A DNA stretch of 64,000 nt from an uncultured Myxococcales bacterium (GTDB lineage: Bacteria; Myxococcota; UBA4151): positions 9,266 through 73,265 of the forward strand of contig CAXGWI010000006.1 in the NCBI GenBank assembly GCA_964013405.1, given 5' to 3'. Positions 58,601-64,000 of this stretch are shown here, one piece after another (within the stretch, counting starts at the first letter, position 1; each line of letters opens with the position of its first letter). The notes under the pieces were generated by a model. That model saw only the letters and a list, made by a program, of their open reading frames with translations, made no database searches and was not told where the DNA came from. Both the position numbers and the translations under genes were made by a program.

Positions 58601-61600
58601 TCAGTAAAGACTTGATAGGTGCTACCCACCCGAGCGCCCGTAAGGCTGAAGGTAAAGGTCCCCTGCCAGCCAGCGGCGTTGTCACCATCCTCAGCGGCAT
58701 TAAGGAGCAGTCGGCCCCCTGATGATGCGCCATCATCACCGGCGATGGCGAGTAAGCTCAACTGCGGTGGCGTGGAGTCGACGGTAAACTGAACCGAATC
58801 AGTCGCTGTATTGATACCATCACTTGCGGAAACAGTGAGCGTGTTTGCACCTTCTTCGACGGTGATATTGGCGATCTGAATAGTAGCGCCAACCACTTGC
58901 CCCTGACCGATGGCTGTTGCGTTGTTGTTTGGGTCGCCATTGGCATCGAAGACATAGATCGTCGCACCGTTCTCGACCCCCTGAAGATTGGCGGTGATAT
59001 CGACTTGGTAACCGACTACGCCCCGGTTTGAATCCTCTCCCGCGTTGTAGACATTGCCCTCAATGGGACGAATAATCTCAATCGCTGGCTCACTACCATC
59101 CACGGTAATGTTACTCGCCTCGGCACTGCCGGTGTTTCCGTTGACGTCCACTGCATCGAGACGAATGGTGTGATTGCCATCGGTGAATGTCAGTGGCGGG
59201 AAGGTCAGATTTCCTTGGGCGAGTACGCTGACTCGCTCGTCCCCATTGTCAAAGAGCGTTGCCTGAGAGCCCGGGGCAAACCCGTCAACATCAGCCTGCA
59301 CACGATACTGGAGGTTCTCAGCAACCGCGTCGAAGTCTTGGTCACTCCCCAAGGCCATCCCGTTGTTGAGGTTGTTGAAGCTTACAGTCGGACCCACTCG
59401 ATCCACCGTCAGCGTGACGACCGCCGAACCGGCGTTCTGCGCTGCATCGGCCGCCGCCACTGTCAACTCCACGGAACTGTCGGCATCGTTGACCTCGTCG
59501 GCCAGCGCCACATTGCTGAAGCTAAAGGTACAGTTGGCAAAGCCACTGGAGTTGTACTGCCCGTCGACGTTACCGCCCACGGCCGTGAGGGTTGCCGTCG
59601 GGTTGAGGCCATCCACTGTGCAGGTTTGTTGGTCTTCCGCCAGGGCACTCACCGTCAGGTTCTTGCGGTAGTTACCCCCCTGGGTGGAGTCCGCATCGAT
59701 CGCCAGGTTGTAAACGTTGCCGTCAGGCAGCCCCGCAAAAGCGAGAGCCGGTGCGGTACGATCGATCACGATGGTGGTCGCTGATTGGGTGGTGACCGGC
59801 TCGGGCACACCTTCCAAGGCGCAGGAGGCGGTCAGTACCCAGGCTCCTTCCACCTCGAGGCGCAGGGCATCCCAGTTCAGGAAGCCGTTGGCATCCACGC
59901 TCGCATTGCCCGTCACATTGGTCTGACCGTTGAGGGCTGAGACCTCACAGGCGGTGCCCTCGGGCAGATTGGAATTGCCGCTGACCGGCACCGCTGCCGC
60001 ATTGGTCCTAAAGCCATCGGCCGGGCTCAGAATCCGAACAAAGCTGTTGCCCGTGACCACCGTTAAGACGCGCTGAACGACCGTTTGGTTGCCCGCAGCA
60101 TCCGAGACTGTCACCTCAAGCCGGTTGGGTCCGTCAGGCAACAGGATGCCATTGCCTTCATTGGTGAACTGGGCCAGCAGTCGGGCCGGATCACCCGTCG
60201 ATACGGTCACCGCGGTCAGGGGCTGTCCCTCGTTCAGGCTGAGACTCACCTGGGTGCCTTCCGCCTCGTTCGCCACTTCCACTTGAAAGGCGTATTGGAA
60301 ACCGTCGGCCGTGTTACCGGTCCAGTCCAAGCTTGGATCCAACTGGGCATCGAGGGTGGTGCCCCCCTCCTCGAGGGCCCGTTCCGGGTTCCCCTCTGCC
60401 CCATCAAGACCCGCAAGCGTCAACTCTGGTGCAGCTGAATCCACGGTCACCGTCACCGGTGCCGCCGTCGCCGTGTTGCCACCGCTGTCGCTCACCGAGG
60501 CCCCCAGTACGTAGGTGCCATCGCCCCCTTGACCATCGGACAGATCAAAGCCTTCGATGAAGGTGCTCGCCCCCTCGACCACCACAGGTACCGGGTCGAG
60601 GACCCGGGCGTTCTCACCGACGGTGATCGTAATCTCCTGGCCCGCTTCCGCATTGGCCACAGCGATTTCGAGATTCACCACCGGGCTTTGTAGCGCGCTG
60701 TTGTCCCCAGGACTCAAGAAGCCGATGGTCGGCGGGTTGCCGTCCACACTCAGCACACGGGGCGGATCTGAGACCGCCGAGTTACCCGCACCATTTTCCG
60801 TCGCCACACCGGCCCGGAGCTGCAGTTGACCATCATTGAGCGTCACCGCCACGCTGGCTGCCCCCTGGGCATCCAGATCCACCAAGGCGGAGCGGATATA
60901 GGCGCCACCGAAGGCCCCTTCGGCATCGGCATAACGATATTCGCAGTAGGCCTTGGGATTGCGCTCAGAAATCGCCTCGAAGTTGTCGACCGAAAGGCGA
61001 CAGAGCACCTGAAAGCCCTCGGTGAGATTGTCGTGGTCATTCTCGGCGAGCAGCGTGCCGTCTTCGGCGGGCGCCACCATCGTCACTGTCGGGACCACCA
61101 TATCCACGGTCACGGTCCACGTGAAACTCGCCAAGTTGCCCGCCTCGTCGGTCGCGCTGGCACCGAGGGTCTGCTCCCCAGAGCCGAGGGCCAAGGTGGT
61201 CTCAACCACACCGAACTCGTTGGCCGTGACCAATCCCCCCTGGGCATTGCCGTTGACGCTCATCTGCACGCCGGCCACATCGGCGCCGTTCTCAAGGCGC
61301 AACTGAACGAGGGCCTGGAGGCCATTGACGGGGTCGCCGTCCTGATCATCCGCAACCCCGAGGATGGCTTGGTGGGCCGGTCGAACGAGGGTCAAGGTCG
61401 GTGCCACGGTATCGACCACGTGGTACTGACGCAGCGCCCGACCGTCATTCTTCTCGCCGGCACCATCGCTCAAGGTGATGTCAAAGGCCTGACTGCCCTG
61501 GGGCAGTTGTAAACGGATCGTTGCCTCACCGTCCGAATCCAAGGTCCCGTTGGTGGTACCGGCCTCGCCCAACACAGCGACGCCGGCGATGGAGCCTGCG

Positions 61601-62466
61601 CCGCAGTTTGTGGAGTTGATGATCAGGTCCACATCGGCCACCTCAGGGGTGTCGGTGACGAGATCTGCAGCGGCGAGAATAGGCCCGCCGTTCCGAGGCG
61701 CAACCACGTTCACGATGCAAGCGCCGGTGTCGACGGTGAAACTCACCGAGGCGGTCCCTTGAGCCTCGTTATTGACGGTCACGCTGGCCTCAAGCTGAAC
61801 CGGCCCCTCAGGGAGGTTCACCTCTGGAAAGACAACGGCGCCGTTGTTGTCCAAGGTGCCGTCCACCGTCTGGTGGGCACCGGTGACGAGCAGGCCGACC
61901 GATTGGCCGGCTTCGACCCCCTGGCCATCACAGCGGACATTCACATTGTACTGCATGCCTGCACTGTCCGAGATATCGTCGCTGGCACCGAGGGTCGTGT
62001 TGGAGGTGAGATCTACAAAGCGACAGCGGGGGCCGGCCGGCGTTGTCACCGTATAGCTCGCCTGAACCGTGACGGTCTTACCGTTGTGGGTCACGCTCGC
62101 TTTCACCGTGTTGTTGGCCGAGGTCGCCCCGCCCTGCGGTGCCACCAGGGTAAAGTCGGCAAAGGTCACCTTGCCGCTACTCACGGTCCCCGATGCGGAG
62201 GAGTTGTTGATGGACTCGTTCTCGATATCGACCGTTGCGCCATCCGCATTGCCGGCCCTTAAGACCAAATCGACTTGTAGACCATTGCTGGGGTCGTTGT
62301 CCTTGTCAGCGCTCAGATCCAGGCGGGAGCCCGGCGAAGGCGACAAAAAGGCGAGGCTGGGCTCCATCACCGGCTCATCATCGCAGGAGCAACCGCTCAA
62401 ACCACCCAGTGCAACCAGGCTAAGACCGACCCAATTTCGAATACTCAGGGACATCATGTCCTCCAT
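55663..62466 (-). CDS. Giant surface lipoprotein: tandem bacterial Ig-like repeats, FN3-like domain, seven FG-GAP repeats
   Basis: Lipobox LSG|C; repeated L..G...L.(A/V)...D..GN......V.VD...P units; WTEPGDD...YSLRHS FN3-like domain; seven D.(N/D)GDG..DL-type blades at the C-terminus. The real start is probably ATG 62454 or 62457 behind GGAGG. Confidence 0.92.
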   Translation of the reverse strand: MEDMMSLSIRNWVGLSLVALGGLSGCSCDDEPVMEPSLAFLSPSPGSRLDLSADKDNDPSNGLQVDLVLRAGNADGATVDIENESINNSSASGTVSSGKVTFADFTLVAPQGGATSANNTVKASVTHNGKTVTVQASYTVTTPAGPRCRFVDLTSNTTLGASDDISDSAGMQYNVNVRCDGQGVEAGQSVGLLVTGAHQTVDGTLDNNGAVVFPEVNLPEGPVQLEASVTVNNEAQGTASVSFTVDTGACIVNVVAPRNGGPILAAADLVTDTPEVADVDLIINSTNCGAGSIAGVAVLGEAGTTNGTLDSDGEATIRLQLPQGSQAFDITLSDGAGEKNDGRALRQYHVVDTVAPTLTLVRPAHQAILGVADDQDGDPVNGLQALVQLRLENGADVAGVQMSVNGNAQGGLVTANEFGVVETTLALGSGEQTLGASATDEAGNLASFTWTVTVDMVVPTVTMVAPAEDGTLLAENDHDNLTEGFQVLCRLSVDNFEAISERNPKAYCEYRYADAEGAFGGAYIRSALVDLDAQGAASVAVTLNDGQLQLRAGVATENGAGNSAVSDPPRVLSVDGNPPTIGFLSPGDNSALQSPVVNLEIAVANAEAGQEITITVGENARVLDPVPVVVEGASTFIEGFDLSDGQGGDGTYVLGASVSDSGGNTATAAPVTVTVDSAAPELTLAGLDGAEGNPERALEEGGTTLDAQLDPSLDWTGNTADGFQYAFQVEVANEAEGTQVSLSLNEGQPLTAVTVSTGDPARLLAQFTNEGNGILLPDGPNRLEVTVSDAAGNQTVVQRVLTVVTGNSFVRILSPADGFRTNAAAVPVSGNSNLPEGTACEVSALNGQTNVTGNASVDANGFLNWDALRLEVEGAWVLTASCALEGVPEPVTTQSATTIVIDRTAPALAFAGLPDGNVYNLAIDADSTQGGNYRKNLTVSALAEDQQTCTVDGLNPTATLTAVGGNVDGQYNSSGFANCTFSFSNVALADEVNDADSSVELTVAAADAAQNAGSAVVTLTVDRVGPTVSFNNLNNGMALGSDQDFDAVAENLQYRVQADVDGFAPGSQATLFDNGDERVSVLAQGNLTFPPLTFTDGNHTIRLDAVDVNGNTGSAEASNITVDGSEPAIEIIRPIEGNVYNAGEDSNRGVVGYQVDITANLQGVENGATIYVFDANGDPNNNATAIGQGQVVGATIQIANITVEEGANTLTVSASDGINTATDSVQFTVDSTPPQLSLLAIAGDDGASSGGRLLLNAAEDGDNAAGWQGTFTFSLTGARVGSTYQVFTDFPQPQTLLAQGQVADEAAHSAAITLQEATQTLTVSASDAAGNPNDPGAGLGLIVDITAPTLSISRPGNGALLLVSGDNNAVDEDNVSDGMQYTIRASSSAETGQEVNFTANDQPLQNIALAAGTAAGVVTLPEGEVTLGATVSDQVGNTTTATSVTVNVDSIAPVISIDQTPCDGTCADEDDADDDTGGLQVIIPVTATQVGNGRTVSLSSSLGGERCTGLTNGGQLSLTCTLLEGADQTLTAVVSDASGNITTSAAVTVSVDLTAPSLAFTRPAANPARLNAGDDEDGAAGMQYTFNLSCDAAGRPVSLTVGGAAAIEENCDGASVSFAGVTVDEGTVSVSASISDAQNNTTQVAINAIVDTVAPTVEITDPANSPVTYVYDDDEVHENNAGDLRLDTSITVAVGGAAGGTLVVNSDQDGDVQTKAVAGDTDNVITDIRLTNQNHTLTVTATDANGNTATTQLVANVDVGKPDAMSLASANVNNRAGSVDINWTEPGDDFDQGTVTSYSLRHSSAAIDANNFGNATVINAEMTPAGAGQNLLVSVTGLPFDQQVFFAGQATDDLGNTSDLGTLSVDFSLTLSAYAASGITGNTNKFAQRACRGDFNNDGRSDLVVTDRSFAPAGSQVGGAIIFMGADDLSNLTPITRFGTASGGRFGSDCTAADFNGDGFDDLVVSAPRDGDGKIFIYNGSGAGLAANPSITITGTAGDRFGYSLSAGGSLVGDATVDLAASSWRHNSSTGKTWVWDGDILTQNRSDADAAVTVTGRPFSSTGTSLNAGRDVTGDGNGDLIIGGEEANGNVGELVVVPGPIADGAYTYQSAGVILLAGAGGGEGKTGFYLAVGDVAGDGTADILAGNGCCTRAISIWEGGPALGGARDHVITAPAGSSSFNEIDESSLCDIDGDGKMDLLTGATNEGYVYFGSAITTLAKTYGVGTGLDANTSGAVHGVCLPDANLDGKPDLAFPVRSGGGYVNIRH

Positions 62467-62744
62467 CAGGACCCGTGGCCCGCGAGTAAACCCCGCCGGC
62501 TCAGGTCCTCTAAAAATCGCTCAAGGTCTGCGGTGGCCACCTCGGGCCCGACCGCAAATGCTTCGGTAATCGCTTCGACGAGATCGGTGAAACTCATCCG
62601 ACCATCCAAGCGTTCATAAATAAATGCGCCCACCGGGTTTAAGACGCGCATCATCGCTTCGTCAGACTTCACCACGATCATCTCGCCATCAAAGCGCTCA
62701 AAACTCGCCATCTGGCTACGCTGTGGAAGGTTGGTCTGGCTCAC
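62466..62744 (-). CDS. PqqD-family RiPP recognition element (RRE) protein
   Basis: FDGEMIVV...VLNPVGAFIYERLDG...LVEAITEAFAV...ADLERFLEDLSRRGLL, the classic 3-strand/3-helix PqqD pattern. Start placed at GTG 62744 (the ORF extends to 62816). Confidence 0.93.
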   Translation of the reverse strand: MSQTNLPQRSQMASFERFDGEMIVVKSDEAMMRVLNPVGAFIYERLDGRMSFTDLVEAITEAFAVGPEVATADLERFLEDLSRRGLLAGHGS

Positions 62745-62812
62745 GTGCGCTCGCGCGTCCCCGGGTTTAATTAGTGCATGCCCAGGCAGATTGCCCGAGG
62801 CCCCAAAGGCTG

Positions 62813-63874
62813 TCAAAGACTAGAATCGTCTACCAAGGCCTGTCTCACCTCCGCCTCTAGTTCACCCTCGCCCGGTGTTCCAGACCAAAGTCGACGCACT
62901 CGTCCGTCGCCGTCGATGAGGGCGAGGGTCGGATAGACGGTGATACCCACCTGGCCGCCCCAACTGTTGGCCCCCCGACCATCGACGAAGATCTCAAGCC
63001 CGGGACGGTAGCGCTGCTGATAACTTTTAAGTTTGGGCAGCACCGACCCCCGACCATCGGCGGCATCACGACTGATGAGCACCACCCGAAAACGGGGGTC
63101 AGTGATGGCTTCGTCGAGGGCTTTGAGGCGAGGAAGCAGGCGCTTACAGCTACCACACCAGGTGGTGAAGAACTCCACCAAGGTCAGGTGGTCCGCCAAA
63201 TCATCCGGGGAAAATGAGCCCCCATCGAGCCGCCGAATGGGCTGGAGGCGGCTCGCCACCTGATCGCCGCTCGCCACGATCTGGCGCGTCGTGGCCTGCC
63301 GGTGGGCTGGATGCACACCGCTGGCGATCAACACAGCGAGGCAGACCCACAGCAACCGATGAAGCCACTGGCTACGGTGCCGCAGCAAAAAGCCCAAGAG
63401 CAGGCCAAAAGCGATGATCCCCAGCGCCATGAATTGGGAGGGACCAAGAGGCTGGCGCAAAAGACCACCAAGGCCTTGATAAGGCAGGGTATCGATCCAG
63501 CCGGGGTATTGGCCGAGTCGACCAAGATAAAAAGCGCTCAACAGCAGATGATAAACACTGGCCGACAGGGCCACAACCACCGCAGCCCCCTGCCACAAAC
63601 CGATACCGTCGGTGGCGGCTGAAGCGATCTTCATTGGCTGCCCCTGCCGCCAACGGCGAAGCAGCTGGACGGCGAGCCCTAAACTGAACAGCAAGATCAG
63701 TTCGGGAAGCAAGCCGCTGACCCACTTGTTCAAAAGACTCTGGCTCGGTCCCTGCCAGTCCCGCCGATAAAGAGGGAGGGTCGCTCCGACCGCCACGGAC
63801 ATCAGTCCCAGGCTCAGGAAGCCAAGTTGGGGCCAGGGCAGCGCGGGACGCGCCTCGTCTTCAGGCTCGGTCAT
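62813..63874 (-). CDS. Membrane-bound TlpA-like thioredoxin
   Basis: About five N-terminal TM helices, then LVEFFTTWCGSC and VYPTLALID..G motifs. Confidence 0.85.
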   Translation of the reverse strand: MTEPEDEARPALPWPQLGFLSLGLMSVAVGATLPLYRRDWQGPSQSLLNKWVSGLLPELILLFSLGLAVQLLRRWRQGQPMKIASAATDGIGLWQGAAVVVALSASVYHLLLSAFYLGRLGQYPGWIDTLPYQGLGGLLRQPLGPSQFMALGIIAFGLLLGFLLRHRSQWLHRLLWVCLAVLIASGVHPAHRQATTRQIVASGDQVASRLQPIRRLDGGSFSPDDLADHLTLVEFFTTWCGSCKRLLPRLKALDEAITDPRFRVVLISRDAADGRGSVLPKLKSYQQRYRPGLEIFVDGRGANSWGGQVGITVYPTLALIDGDGRVRRLWSGTPGEGELEAEVRQALVDDSSL

Positions 63875-63948
63875 CGATAGCCCTTTATTCCCTTTTGCAC
63901 TCCGGGACCACCGGCTAGGAGAACCACCGTTCGGGAGTGCCTAAGGCC

Positions 63949-64000
63949 TTGGAAATCATCGTCCAAAAATACGGGGGCTCGTCACTGGCAACCCCCGAGC
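63949..64000 (+). CDS. lysC: Aspartate kinase, 5' end (partial)
   Basis: TTG 63949 gives MEIIVQKYGGSSLATPE..., the aspartokinase N-terminal KYGGSS signature; runs off the window. Confidence 0.85.
   Translation, partial: MEIIVQKYGGSSLATPE

Noticed and set aside
54308..62744. Calling the RRE cassette a lasso-peptide or PQQ biosynthesis cluster
   Set aside because: No asparagine-synthetase-like cyclase, B2 protease or pqqB/C/E is present; the peptide lacks a lasso-length core and the PqqA ExxxY motif.
1..64000. CRISPR arrays, tRNA/rRNA genes, IS elements, integrases, prophage genes
   Set aside because: None recognised by eye; the repeats in the adhesin and DsbA genes are degenerate protein-domain repeats. 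tRNAscan, cmscan and ISEScan were not run.

Overview
Chromosomal window from a GC-rich bacterium whose gene content and architecture look Myxococcota/deltaproteobacterial (inference). It contains: (1) a complete type II secretion operon gspC-D-E-F-G-H-I-J-K-L-M-N behind a sigma54-type promoter; (2) a co-oriented trio of a lipoprotein 5'-nucleotidase, an OB-fold lipoprotein and a putative outer-membrane beta-barrel, facing a thermonuclease lipoprotein; (3) metH, two multi-domain DsbA-like proteins, a stand-alone MreB paralog and a degenerate family-4 uracil-DNA glycosylase; (4) a nucleoside catabolism operon (deoC-pdp-nupC-PNP) whose DeoC has an N-terminal helix resembling a microcompartment encapsulation peptide; (5) housekeeping and other genes (class III cyclase, murI, ugd, epimerase, PAP2, purF, HTTM-like protein, OPT transporter, phosphosugar mutase, second SNase, pyrD, def, transaldolase, PBP1A, start of aspartokinase). 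The best candidate for an undescribed system is the minus-strand cassette at 54308-63874: TlpA-like thioredoxin, PqqD/RRE protein, a ~2260-aa Ig-repeat/FG-GAP surface lipoprotein, an unannotated 43-aa peptide with a YxxP leader motif, an HPrK-like kinase and an S26-like peptidase. It looks like a minimal RiPP-like module wrapped around a giant adhesin gene, with no radical SAM or lasso cyclase in the window. No rRNA, tRNA, CRISPR array, transposase or integrase was recognised. All calls come from reading motifs by eye; no database searches were run.
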